A stretch of DNA of 37,519 bases. Origin: Candidatus Rokuibacteriota bacterium (GTDB taxonomy: Bacteria; Methylomirabilota; Methylomirabilia; Rokubacteriales; DASRDR01). The notes beneath the pieces were generated by a model. That model did not search any database. It had not been told where the DNA came from and saw only the letters and a list, made by a program, of their open reading frames with translations. The translations under genes and the position numbers were made by a program. The stretch spans positions 1 through 37,519 of the forward strand of contig JBIOTN010000061.1 in assembly GCA_044866005.1 (NCBI GenBank), written 5' to 3'. This document shows, one piece after another, positions 8,630 through 19,022 of this stretch; position 1 is the first letter of the stretch; each line of letters starts with the position of its first letter.

Positions 8630-9043
8630 CTAGTTGTGCAGGTGGCCCGTGGTGCTCACCGTCTGGGAGTCACCATCGGTCGCGTCGAAGGCGCTGACGA
8701 CGAGGGTCGCCGGCCCGGGCGAGTACGACGTGCCGAAAAGGATGGGCGCCAGGACCGACCACGCCTGGACCGTGCCGTCGCAGGTGACGGTCGTGTTGCC
8801 CGACCCCGCCTGGAGCCCTTTCCCCTTGGACTGGAAAATGGTCACGTCGACGAACGCGGTATCTCCGGCGGTGCACTGGATGAGGCCGGACACCTGGGCG
8901 ACGGTCCGGTTGAGCGAGAGCTGGACGTTTCGGTCGACGGTGATGGCGTCGATGAACGCGAGGGCCACCGCGCCGCTCACCAGCACGATGAGGACGGTCA
9001 GCGAGATCCTGAGAAGGGCGAAACGAGTTGTCAGATGCTTCAT
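8630..9043 (-). CDS. small secreted beta-rich protein (resembles DUF6299-like proteins from memory)
   Basis: AAGGAG RBS; signal peptide ending A-L-A; two Cys (IQC, TCDG..QAW), PGPA motif; composition is protein-like, unlike the overlapping shadow frames. Confidence 0.75.
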   Translation of the reverse strand: MKHLTTRFALLRISLTVLIVLVSGAVALAFIDAITVDRNVQLSLNRTVAQVSGLIQCTAGDTAFVDVTIFQSKGKGLQAGSGNTTVTCDGTVQAWSVLAPILFGTSYSPGPATLVVSAFDATDGDSQTVSTTGHLHN

Positions 9044-9238
9044 CGAGCTTCTCCTTGTTTGGAATTGGTCGTGTCAAGTCCCGGGTTCACACCTCGAGGG
9101 TGCCGACGATGTCACCTCCTTCCGGTTGGCGCGCGCTCCGGCGCCGGGCCGGGGACGGGCCCCGGAACGCGCAGGCTGAGGGTTCGCACGTAGCGGCGAG
9201 TCAGACCCCTACCGGTCACTGGTAGGCAGGCCGGCGTG

Positions 9239-9268
9239 ACTTTAAGGTGATCCACTTAGGTATGTCAA
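9239..9268 (-). promoter_or_regulatory. sigma70-type promoter for 8630-9043
   Basis: minus strand TTGACA (9268-9263), 18 nt, TAAAGT (9244-9239) in an AT-rich patch with imperfect dyad TGAC..TAAGGTG ATC CACTTA..GTCA. Confidence 0.6.
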
Positions 9269-9319
9269 GGGGCCGGGCCGTGCGGGCGGTCCGGTCCTCT
9301 CCCCCGTGGGGTGGGCTTC

Positions 9320-9348
9320 TTGACGGGGGGCCCGGCCGCCCGTACGGT
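9320..9348 (+). promoter_or_regulatory. sigma70-type promoter, probably leaderless
   Basis: TTGACG (9320-9325), 17 nt, TACGGT (9343-9348); GTG start 6 nt downstream and no SD. Confidence 0.6.
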
Positions 9349-9354
9349 ACGCCA

Positions 9355-11085
9355 GTGGAGCGCATCGAGACCGATCTCTTGATCCTGGGCGCGGGCGGAG
9401 CGGGCCTGTGCGCGGCGCTCCACGCCGCCGACCGGGCCCCGGGCCTCGCGATCACGCTCGTGGTCAAGGGCCTGCTCGGTCGCGCCGGCTGCACGCGCAT
9501 GGTCCAGGGCGGCTACAACGCGGTCCTGGAATCCCCGGATTCGCTCCAGGCCCACTTCCTCGACACGCTCCAGGGCGGCGCCTTCCTCAACGACCAGGAG
9601 CTCGCCTGGCGTCTCGTCGAGACGGCGCCGGCGCGCGTCGTCGAGCTGGAGAGCCGCTACGGCTGCTTCTTCGACCGGACGGCCGACGGGCGGATCCACC
9701 AGAAGCCGTTCGCCGGCCAGTCGCACGACCGCACGATCCACAAGCGCGACCTCACCGGCATCGAGATCATGAATCGCCTCGCCGAGCAGGCGTGGGCGCG
9801 CCCCGCGATCCGCGTCCTGGAGGAGCACCGCGCGGTGGACCTCCTGCAGGACCCGGCCGGGCGCGTGGGCGGCGCCCTGGTCCTCGACATCCGGAGCGGC
9901 GGGTTCGTGACCGTGCGCGCCCGGGCCACCTTGCTCGCCTGCGGCGGGGGGCCGACGATGTACCGGGTGATCGCCTGCTCGGCGGACAAGGCGGCGGACG
10001 GGATCGCCCTCGCCTATCGCGCGGGCGCGCCGCTGCGAGACATGGAGATGGTCCAGTTCCACCCGACGGGACTCGTCGTGCCCGGCTCCCTCATGACGGG
10101 CGCGCTCCTCGAGGAGGGGTTGCGGGGCGCGGGCGGGCGGCTCTACAACGCCGCGGGGGAGCGCTTCATGGCGCGCCACGACCCCGTCCGGCTCGAGCGC
10201 GCGACGCGCGACGTGGTCGCGCGCGCGAGCTACCTGGAGATCGCGGAGGGGCGCGGGACGCCGGACGGGGGGGTCTGGCTGGACGTCTCCCACCTGGGCG
10301 CCGAGTTCGTCGAGCGGCACTTTCGCGGCATGCTCCGCCGCTGCCGCGACTTCGGCCTCGACCTGGCGCGCGCCCCGGTGCCGGTGATGCCGACCGCCCA
10401 CTTCCTCATGGGGGGGGTGGTCATCGACCCCGACTGCCGCACCCCGCTGGACGGGCTGTTCGCCGCCGGCGAGGACGCCGGCGGGGTGCACGGGGCAAAC
10501 CGGCTCGGCGGCAACGGCGTGGCCGACTCCACCGTCTTCGGCGGGATCGCGGGCGACGTGATGGCGGACTGGGTCGTGGGCCGACCGCGGCCCGCGGTCT
10601 CGGCGCCCGACGCGGAACGCCGCGCGGCGGCCGCGCGGGCCCCGCTCGCTCGCGACGGCGGCGGCGGCGAGGTCCCCGCCCTTCGCCGGGTCGTGCGGGA
10701 GGCGATGTGGGAGCACGCCGGCCTCATCCGGACGGGCTCCGGGCTCGAGCAGGCGCTCGCCGCGCTGGAGGACGTCGCCGCGCGGCTCGAGCCCACCGCG
10801 GTCGCCGGCGGGCCGGCCTACAACCTCGCGTGGCAGGCCTGGCTCGATCTGCGGAACCAGCTCCTCGCGGCGCGTCTCGTCGCGCTCTGCGCCCGGCAGC
10901 GCCGGGAGAGCCGCGGCGCCCACTACCGCGCGGACCACCCGGCGCGCGACGACGCCCGGTGGCTCGTCAACGTGTTCGTGGCCGAGCGGCGCGGGGCGCC
11001 GACCCTGTGGACGGAGCCCGTGCGCCTGACGCGCGCGCGGCCGGAGGCGCCGGCGCCGGCCGCCATGGTCGAAATCGGAGACTGA
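9355..11085 (+). CDS. SdhA/FrdA/TfrA-family flavoprotein subunit, atypical
   Basis: start set to GTG 9355; ILGAGGAG, GCTRMVQGGYNA (no FAD-linking His), QFHPTG, LEEGLRG, RATRDVVAR, AHFLMGG, HGANRLGGN, RRESRGAHYR. Confidence 0.88.
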   Translation: MERIETDLLILGAGGAGLCAALHAADRAPGLAITLVVKGLLGRAGCTRMVQGGYNAVLESPDSLQAHFLDTLQGGAFLNDQELAWRLVETAPARVVELESRYGCFFDRTADGRIHQKPFAGQSHDRTIHKRDLTGIEIMNRLAEQAWARPAIRVLEEHRAVDLLQDPAGRVGGALVLDIRSGGFVTVRARATLLACGGGPTMYRVIACSADKAADGIALAYRAGAPLRDMEMVQFHPTGLVVPGSLMTGALLEEGLRGAGGRLYNAAGERFMARHDPVRLERATRDVVARASYLEIAEGRGTPDGGVWLDVSHLGAEFVERHFRGMLRRCRDFGLDLARAPVPVMPTAHFLMGGVVIDPDCRTPLDGLFAAGEDAGGVHGANRLGGNGVADSTVFGGIAGDVMADWVVGRPRPAVSAPDAERRAAAARAPLARDGGGGEVPALRRVVREAMWEHAGLIRTGSGLEQALAALEDVAARLEPTAVAGGPAYNLAWQAWLDLRNQLLAARLVALCARQRRESRGAHYRADHPARDDARWLVNVFVAERRGAPTLWTEPVRLTRARPEAPAPAAMVEIGD

Positions 11086-11106
11086 GGCCCTTTCACGGAG
11101 GCAGAG

Positions 11107-11265
11107 ATGACGCGATCGCGGCTCGGTCGCTTCGAGATGAACACGGACCTCGTGTTCGCCGGCCTCCTCACCGTCATCCTGATCGGGCTCCTGGTCGAGA
11201 ACCTCTTCTTCAAGTGGCTCGAGCGGAAGACCGTCCTCCGCTGGGGCATGTCGGCGAGCCACTGA
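11107..11265 (+). pseudogene. 52-aa remnant: C-terminal helix of a NitT/TauC/SsuC-type ABC permease fused to an unrelated start
   Basis: GGAGG RBS + ATG; MTRSRLGRFEMNTDLVFAGLLTVILIGLLVENLFFKWLERKTVLRWGMSASH*; VFAGLLTVILIGLLVE..F..LER.TV.RWG matches permease C-termini; absent from the ORF track. Confidence 0.7.
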
Positions 11266-11272
11266 GCGGGAG

Positions 11273-12082
11273 ATGGCCGGGCCCGGCCGGTACGATGTCT
11301 GGCAGCAGGCCGCCACCTACGAGCCTTACGTCGGGCGCTGGAGCCGACTCGTGGCCAAGGAGTTCCTGAGCTGGCTCGCGGTGGCGCCGGGCAAGCGCTG
11401 GCTCGACGTGGGCTGTGGCACGGGGGCGCTCAGCGGGATGATCCTGGCGATGACGTCGCCGGCCCACCTCGACGCCATGGACGCATCCGAGGCCTACCTG
11501 ACGTATGCGCGCGAGCAAGTGCGCGATCCGCGCGTCCGCTTCGAGGTCGCGGAGGCTCAGGCCTTGCCGGCGCCGGCCGACTCCTACGACGCGGTCGTGT
11601 CGGGCCTCGTCCTGAACTTCGTGCCCCAGCCGAGTGGGGCCGCGGCGGAGATGACGCGCGTGGCGCGGCCGGGGGCCGCGGTCGCCGCGTACGTCTGGGA
11701 TTACGCGGGGGGGATGGAGCTGGTCCGCCGCTTCTGGGACGCCGCCGTCGCGCTCGACCCGGCGGCCCGCGAGCTAGACGAGGGCCGGCGCTTCCCGCTC
11801 TGCCGTCCGGAGCCGCTCGCGGCGCTCTTCCGCGACGCCGGCCTGGCCGGTGTCGAGACGCGCGCGGTCGAGGTGCCGACCGTCTTCCGCGACTTCGACG
11901 ACTACTGGTCTCCGTTCCTCGGCGGGCAGGGGCCCGCGCCGGGCTACACGATGTCGCTCGGCGAGGAGGCGCGGGCCGCGTTGCGCGAGCGGCTGCGCAG
12001 CAGCCTGCCGGCGGGGCCGGACGGCGCCATCCACCTCGTCGCGCGCGCGTGGGCCGTGCGCGGGGCCAAGGCCGGTGGCTGA
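11273..12082 (+). CDS. class I SAM-dependent methyltransferase
   Basis: YEPYVGRWSR, WLDVGCGTG, DAVVSGLVLNFVP, YVWDY, FDDYWSPFLGGQGP. Confidence 0.88.
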   Translation: MAGPGRYDVWQQAATYEPYVGRWSRLVAKEFLSWLAVAPGKRWLDVGCGTGALSGMILAMTSPAHLDAMDASEAYLTYAREQVRDPRVRFEVAEAQALPAPADSYDAVVSGLVLNFVPQPSGAAAEMTRVARPGAAVAAYVWDYAGGMELVRRFWDAAVALDPAARELDEGRRFPLCRPEPLAALFRDAGLAGVETRAVEVPTVFRDFDDYWSPFLGGQGPAPGYTMSLGEEARAALRERLRSSLPAGPDGAIHLVARAWAVRGAKAGG

Positions 12083-12401
12083 GCCCCCGCCCGCGCTCCA
12101 CCGCGCCTGGGCGAGCCGCGACGCCTGGCGGGGCACGCGGCTCGGCCTCTGGGCGTGGCTCCTGCAGCGTGCGGCGGCCGTGGCGCTGGTCGTGGTCGTC
12201 GCGCTCCACATCCGGGACCCCTTCGCCCGGCCGGTGCAGGCGACGCTCCTGGGCCTGGTGCTGCTCCATGGCCTGCTGGGCCTCCGCGCGATCCTGCTCG
12301 ACTTCGGCCTGCCCTGGCGCCTCCACCAGGCGCTCTTCGTGGCTGCCCTGGTGCTCGGCTTCCTGCTGTTCGTGGTCGTGTGGAGCTACCGGCGGTACTG
12401 A
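12075..12401 (+). CDS. SdhC/SdhD-like cytochrome b membrane anchor (3 TM)
   Basis: GTG 12075 overlapping upstream stop; WAWLLQR...LH, LLHGLLGLRAILLD; about 108 aa; directly upstream of the SdhB-like gene. Confidence 0.75.
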   Translation: MAEPPPALHRAWASRDAWRGTRLGLWAWLLQRAAAVALVVVVALHIRDPFARPVQATLLGLVLLHGLLGLRAILLDFGLPWRLHQALFVAALVLGFLLFVVVWSYRRY

Positions 12402-12405
12402 GCCC

Positions 12406-13122
12406 GTGATCTTGCGGATCTTCCGGTGGAGCCCCGAGGCGGGCGCCCGCTTCGACGACTTCCGGATCCAGGCCGACGCACGGACCACGGTGCTCGACGC
12501 CCTCGTCCGCCTGCAGGAGACCGAGGCGCCCGACCTCGCCTTCCGCTATGCCTGCCGTGTCGGGATGTGCGGCTCGTGCGCCGTGGTCGTGGACGGCCGC
12601 GAACGCTGGGGCTGCCGGACGCGCCTGGCGACCCTGGCGCGGCGCGGCGCGCCGGTGACGATCCGCCCGCTCTACCACTTCCCGCTGATCCGCGACCTCG
12701 TCGTGGACATGGCGCCGTTCGTCGCCCGGATGACCGCGGTGGGCGCGGCGTTCGTGGCTCGCGCCGACGCGCCCCCCGCGGCCGTGCCCGCCCGGATCGC
12801 CGGCGGCAGTCCCGAGCGGGAGGCGATCGACGCGGCCATCGAGTGCATCGGCTGCGGCGCGTGCCTGTCGGCATGCACGATGGTGCGGTGGGACCCACGC
12901 TTCCCCGGCCCGGCGGCGCTCAACCGCGCCTTCACGCTCCTGGCCGACAGCCGCGAGGGAGGCGCGGCGGCGCGCGCGCCCGCCCTCTTGTCGGAAGACG
13001 CCGTCTTCCGCTGCCACGGCCAGGCCCAGTGCACGGCGGTCTGCCCCATGGGCCTGGCCCCGGCGGACTCCATCGGGAAGCTTCGCCGCGGCGCCATGCG
13101 ATCACTGTTTCTGCGGACTTAG
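12406..13122 (+). CDS. SdhB/FrdB-family iron-sulfur subunit (complex 1)
   Basis: GTG 12406; CRVGMCGSC...C [2Fe-2S], CIGCGACLSAC, CHGQAQCTAVCP. Confidence 0.9.
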   Translation: MILRIFRWSPEAGARFDDFRIQADARTTVLDALVRLQETEAPDLAFRYACRVGMCGSCAVVVDGRERWGCRTRLATLARRGAPVTIRPLYHFPLIRDLVVDMAPFVARMTAVGAAFVARADAPPAAVPARIAGGSPEREAIDAAIECIGCGACLSACTMVRWDPRFPGPAALNRAFTLLADSREGGAAARAPALLSEDAVFRCHGQAQCTAVCPMGLAPADSIGKLRRGAMRSLFLRT

Positions 13123-13136
13123 CGACGCTCGGCGGC

Positions 13137-13165
13137 TTGACAGGCCCGGGCGCGGCGCGTAGCAT
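13137..13165 (+). promoter_or_regulatory. sigma70-type promoter of the TCA operon
   Basis: TTGACA (13137-13142), 17 nt, TAGCAT (13160-13165). Confidence 0.65.
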
Positions 13166-13233
13166 CGAAGGCGCGGAAACGCGTCGCCTCCTGCCCGGCC
13201 CGGGTTGGAGGCGATATCTTTGGGGGGCCTGTC

Positions 13234-15477
13234 ATGGTGGCTGAGATCCGAGCGCTCTACGCCGCGATGCCCGAGCGCCTGGCCCGTGCCCGGCGCGAGT
13301 GGAAGCGCCCCCTCACCCTCACCGAGAAGATCCTCGTCAGCCACGTCCACGACTGGGGGAGCCAGGAGTGGGCACGCGGCCAGGCGCACCTCCGGCTCCG
13401 GGTGGATCGGGTGGCCATGCAGGACGCGACCGGGCAGATGGCCCTTCTCCAGTTCATGCAGGCGGCCAAGCCCCGCGTCGCCGTGCCGTCGACCGTCCAC
13501 TGCGACCACCTGATCCGCGCGGAGACGGGCGCGTCGGCGGACCTGGTCCGGGCGCTGACGGAGAACAACGAGGTCTTCGCCTTCCTCCGCTCGGCCTCGC
13601 GGAAGTACGGGATCGGCTTCTGGCGGCCGGGCGCCGGCATCATCCACCAGGTGGTGCTGGAGAACTACGCCTTCCCCGGCGGGCTCATGATCGGCGCCGA
13701 CTCGCACACGCCGAACGCCGGCGGGCTCGGGATGCTCGCGATCGGCGTGGGCGGCGTGGACTGCGGCGAGGTGATGGCCGGCCTGGCCTGGGAGGTGCTG
13801 CACCCGAAGCTGGTCGGCGTCCACCTCACCGGGAAGCTCGCGGGCTGGACGGCGCCGAAGGACGTCATCACGTTCCTCTGCGGCCTGCTGACCGTGCGCG
13901 GCGGCACGAACAAGATCATCGAGTACTTCGGGCCGGGCGCCGCCTCGATCAGCGCGACCGGCAAGGGCACGATCTGCAACATGGGGGCGGAGCTCGGGGC
14001 GACGACCTCGGTGTTCCCGTTCGACGACCGGATGGCGACCTACCTCCGCGCCACCGACCGGAGCGACGTCGCGGCGCTGGCCGAGGAGTACCGCGAGCAC
14101 CTCGTGCCCGATCCCGAGGTGGCGCAGGCGCCGGCGCGCTTCTACGACGAGGTCGTCGAGATCGACCTCTCGGGGCTCGAGCCCCACATCGTGGGCCCAC
14201 ACTCCCCCGACCGGGCGCGGCCGGTCTCGAAGCTCGCCGCCGACGTGAAGAAGAACGGCTGGCCCGGCGAGATCAAGGCGGCCCTGATCGGCTCCTGCAC
14301 CAACTCGTCGTACGAGGACATGCGGCGCGCCGCCCACATCGCCATGCAGGGGATCAAGGCCGGGCTCCGCGCCAAGACGCGCTTCCTCATCACGCCCGGC
14401 TCCGAGCGGGTCTACCAGACGATCAAGCGGGACGGGATCGTCGCGACGTTCGAGCAGATGGGGGGCACCGTCCTGGCGAACGCCTGCGGGCCGTGCATCG
14501 GCCAGTGGAAGCGCTCGGACGTGGGCCGGGAGACGACGAACACGATCGTGTCGTCGTTCAACCGCAACTTCCCCGGCCGCAACGACGGGAGCCAGGCGAC
14601 CCTCTCCTTCCTGACGAGTCCCGAGATCGTCACGGGGCTCGCCTTCGCGGGCACGCTCGACTTCGACCCGGTGCACGGGACGCTGCCCGGTCCCGACGGG
14701 CGTCCCTTCCGGTTCACGCCGCCCGAGGGCGAGGAGCTGCCGCGCGACGGGTTCGCCCGGGGCGAGGAAGGGTACGACCCGCCGGCCGAAGACGGCACGC
14801 GCGTCACGGTCGAGATCCCGCCGAACAGCGAGCGCCTCCAGCTCCTCCAGCCGTTCCCGCGGTGGGACGGGCGCGACTTCGAGCGCCTTCCGGTCCTGGT
14901 CAAGACGCAGGGGAAGACCACCACCGACCACATCTCCCCGGCGGGGGCCTGGCTCCGCTACCGGGGGCACCTCGACCGGATCAGCGACAACATGTTCCTC
15001 GGCGCGCTCAACGCCTTCACCGGCGAGACCGGCACCGGCGTCAACGTGCTGAGCGGCGAAGCCGGCGGGCCGCTGGCGAAGATCGCCCGCGACTGGAAGG
15101 CGCGCGGGGTCGGCTGGGTCGTCGTCGGCGACGAGAACTACGGGGAGGGCTCGAGCCGCGAACACGCCGCCATGTCGCCGCGCTACCTCGGCGCCAGGGC
15201 GGTCATCGCGAAGAGCTTCGCGCGGATCCACGAGACGAACCTCAAGAAGCAGGGGATCCTGGCGCTGACCTTCGCGGACCCCGGCGACTGGGCCCGCGTC
15301 GAGCAGAACGACCGCCTCTCGATCGTGGGGCTCCGCGAGCTCGCGCCCGGCCGGCCCGTCGAGGTGCGGATCCACAAGCCGGGGGGGCAGGCGCTCACCA
15401 TCCAGACGCGCCACAGCCTGACGACGGAACAGATCGGCTGGTTTCGCGCGGGGTCGGCCCTCAACGCCCTGACGTAG
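13234..15477 (+). CDS. acnA: aconitate hydratase (mitochondrial-like type)
   Basis: [66 protein letters not shown]. Confidence 0.95.
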   Translation: MVAEIRALYAAMPERLARARREWKRPLTLTEKILVSHVHDWGSQEWARGQAHLRLRVDRVAMQDATGQMALLQFMQAAKPRVAVPSTVHCDHLIRAETGASADLVRALTENNEVFAFLRSASRKYGIGFWRPGAGIIHQVVLENYAFPGGLMIGADSHTPNAGGLGMLAIGVGGVDCGEVMAGLAWEVLHPKLVGVHLTGKLAGWTAPKDVITFLCGLLTVRGGTNKIIEYFGPGAASISATGKGTICNMGAELGATTSVFPFDDRMATYLRATDRSDVAALAEEYREHLVPDPEVAQAPARFYDEVVEIDLSGLEPHIVGPHSPDRARPVSKLAADVKKNGWPGEIKAALIGSCTNSSYEDMRRAAHIAMQGIKAGLRAKTRFLITPGSERVYQTIKRDGIVATFEQMGGTVLANACGPCIGQWKRSDVGRETTNTIVSSFNRNFPGRNDGSQATLSFLTSPEIVTGLAFAGTLDFDPVHGTLPGPDGRPFRFTPPEGEELPRDGFARGEEGYDPPAEDGTRVTVEIPPNSERLQLLQPFPRWDGRDFERLPVLVKTQGKTTTDHISPAGAWLRYRGHLDRISDNMFLGALNAFTGETGTGVNVLSGEAGGPLAKIARDWKARGVGWVVVGDENYGEGSSREHAAMSPRYLGARAVIAKSFARIHETNLKKQGILALTFADPGDWARVEQNDRLSIVGLRELAPGRPVEVRIHKPGGQALTIQTRHSLTTEQIGWFRAGSALNALT

Positions 15478-15490
15478 CCGCGGAGGCACG

Positions 15491-16753
<1,263 letters not shown>

Positions 16754-16774
16754 AGAGCCGGGGGTCGCGCGACG

Positions 16775-17173
16775 ATGTTCTCGGACCAGGAGCTCGCCTA
16801 CCTCGGATCGCAGCGGCTCGCCCGGATCGCCACGGTGTCCGCGGACTCTCAGCCCGACGTCGCGCCCGTGGGGTTCGAGTTCGACGGGAAGCGCTTCTAC
16901 GTCGGCGGCGTGAACCTCGCCAGGACCGCGAAGTACAAGAACGTGCGCGCCAACCCCCGGGTCGCCCTCGTGATCGACGACCTCGCCTCGGCCGATCCCT
17001 GGACCCCCCGGGGAATCAAGATCCACGGCAGCGCCCGGATCGTGAACCACCAGGGCCGGCTCGGGGCCGGCGAGTACCTCGAGATCGCGGCCGCGACGCA
17101 CTGGAGCTGGGGGATCGAGGGGCCCGTGTTCCGGGACGGGAAGCCGGTCATCAAGAAGGCGCGACACCCCTGA
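16775..17173 (+). CDS. PPOX-class (pyridoxamine 5'-phosphate oxidase-like) probable F420-binding oxidoreductase
   Basis: [51 protein letters not shown], resembling the MSMEG_5819-like PPOX family. Confidence 0.8.
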   Translation: MFSDQELAYLGSQRLARIATVSADSQPDVAPVGFEFDGKRFYVGGVNLARTAKYKNVRANPRVALVIDDLASADPWTPRGIKIHGSARIVNHQGRLGAGEYLEIAAATHWSWGIEGPVFRDGKPVIKKARHP

Positions 17174-17184
17174 AGGACCCGGCG

Positions 17185-18114
17185 ATGGCGCGGCCGAAGG
17201 TCACCGTCGTGGGCGCCGGGAACGTCGGGGCCACGACCGCCCAGTACATCGTCGAGCGGGAGCTGGCCGACGTCGTCCTGACGGACGTCATCGAGGGCCT
17301 CCCGCAGGGCAAGGCGCTCGACCTCCTCCAGGCCGGCCCCATCCACGGGTACGACTGCCGGCTCGTCGGCGCCAACGACTACGAGGACACGGCCGGCTCC
17401 GACATCGTCGTGATCACGGCCGGCCTGGCCCGGAAGCCGGGGATGAGCCGCGACGACCTGCTCTTCAAGAACGCGGAGATCGTCCGCGGGGTCGTGCAGG
17501 AGCTGGCGCGCCGCTCGCCCGGGGCGATCCTGATCGTGGTCACCAACCCGCTCGACGCGATGGCGCAGCTGGCCTGGAAGACCTCCGGCTTCCCGAAGCA
17601 GCGGGTGCTGGGGATGGCCGGGGTGCTGGACTCGGCGCGCTTCCGCGCCTTCATCGCGCGGGAGCTCGACGTGTCGGTGGAGAACGTGACCGCCTTCGTC
17701 CTCGGCGGCCACGGCGACACCATGGTGCCGCTGCCCCGGTACTCGACCGTGGCGGGGATCCCGATCACCGAGCTCCTCTCCAAGGACCGGGTCGAGGCGC
17801 TGGTGCAGCGCACCGCGAACGGGGGCGCCGAGGTCGTGAACCTGCTCAAGGCCGGCAGCGCGTTTTACGCCCCGGGCGCCTCGGTCACCGAGATGGTCGA
17901 GGCCATCCTGCGCGACAAGAAGAAGATCGTGCCCTGCGCCGCGTATCTCGACGGCGAGTACGGGATCCGCGGGCTCTTCGTCGGCGTGCCGGTCAAGCTG
18001 GGTCGGCAGGGCATCGAGCAGATCATCCAGATCTCGCTCACCCCGGACGAGGCGGCGGCGCTCGAGCGCTCCGCCGAGGCGGTCCGGGAGCTGGTCCAGA
18101 AGCTCAGGCTGTAG
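17185..18114 (+). CDS. mdh: malate dehydrogenase (LDH-like)
   Basis: ATG 17185; [42 protein letters not shown]. Confidence 0.95.
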   Translation: MARPKVTVVGAGNVGATTAQYIVERELADVVLTDVIEGLPQGKALDLLQAGPIHGYDCRLVGANDYEDTAGSDIVVITAGLARKPGMSRDDLLFKNAEIVRGVVQELARRSPGAILIVVTNPLDAMAQLAWKTSGFPKQRVLGMAGVLDSARFRAFIARELDVSVENVTAFVLGGHGDTMVPLPRYSTVAGIPITELLSKDRVEALVQRTANGGAEVVNLLKAGSAFYAPGASVTEMVEAILRDKKKIVPCAAYLDGEYGIRGLFVGVPVKLGRQGIEQIIQISLTPDEAAALERSAEAVRELVQKLRL

Positions 18115-18179
18115 CGCGTGGGACCGACCATGCCACCCGATCGCCGCGACGCGAGGCTCCAGCGGTAGGACGCCGGGGA

Positions 18180-19022
18180 ATGCGAGAGGTCCACGCCCGC
18201 CACGTCACGGACACGGTCAAGCGGCTCTGCCAGGAGGCCAACCTGGTCCTCGGCGAGGACATGCTCCGCGCCTTCGACCGGGCCTTGACGACCGAGCGCT
18301 CGCCGGCGGGCCGGCAGGTCCTGGAGATGATCCGCGAGAACGCGCGGATCGCGCGGGCCGAGCGGCTGCCGTACTGCCAGGACACCGGCTTCGTGATCTG
18401 CTTCGTGGAGCTGGGCCAGGACGTCCACGTGACGGGCGGCCTCCTCACCGCCGCGATCGACGAGGGCGTCCGTCAGGGCTACCGGGAGGGCTACCTCCGC
18501 GCCTCCATCGTGCGCGACCCGTTCGACCGGAAGAACACCGGGGACAACACGCCCGCCGTCGTGCACGTGGAGCTGGTCCCCGGCGAGCACCTGACGCTCA
18601 AGGTCATGGCCAAGGGCGGCGGCTGCGAGAACCGCTCGAAGTACCGGATGCTCACCCCTGCCGAGGGCCTGGCCGGGGCGAAGGCGTGGGTCCTCGAGTG
18701 CATCAAGACGGCGGGGCCGGATGCCTGCCCGCCCCTCATCGCGGGCGTCGGCATCGGGGGCACCTTCGAGAAGGCGGCGCTCCTCTCCAAGAAGGCGCTC
18801 TTCCGCGAGATCGGCAAGCCGAACGGGAACCCCGAGCTCGCGGCGCTCGAGGCCGAGCTCCTGGACGAGGCGAACCGGCTCGGGATCGGCCCGCAGGGCT
18901 ACGGGGGCGACACGACGGCGTTCGCCATCCACCTCGAGACGTTCCCGTGCCACATCACCTCGCTTCCCGTCGCCGTGACCATCGAATGTCACGCGCATCG
19001 GCACAAGGAAGCCACGCTATGA
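18180..19022 (+). CDS. two-subunit class I Fe-S fumarate hydratase, alpha subunit (TtdA-like)
   Basis: PYCQDTG, NTGDNTPA, KGGGCEN, ACPP..GVGIGG, GIGPQG.GG, HITSLPVAV...CHA. Confidence 0.9.
   Translation: MREVHARHVTDTVKRLCQEANLVLGEDMLRAFDRALTTERSPAGRQVLEMIRENARIARAERLPYCQDTGFVICFVELGQDVHVTGGLLTAAIDEGVRQGYREGYLRASIVRDPFDRKNTGDNTPAVVHVELVPGEHLTLKVMAKGGGCENRSKYRMLTPAEGLAGAKAWVLECIKTAGPDACPPLIAGVGIGGTFEKAALLSKKALFREIGKPNGNPELAALEAELLDEANRLGIGPQGYGGDTTAFAIHLETFPCHITSLPVAVTIECHAHRHKEATL

Noticed and set aside
9072..9077. Second minus-strand TTGACA near the secreted-protein gene
   Set aside because: No -10 hexamer at 16-18 nt; that position is the RBS.
9355..11085. L-aspartate oxidase NadB
   Set aside because: No nadA or nadC nearby, and it is linked to SdhB-like and anchor genes.
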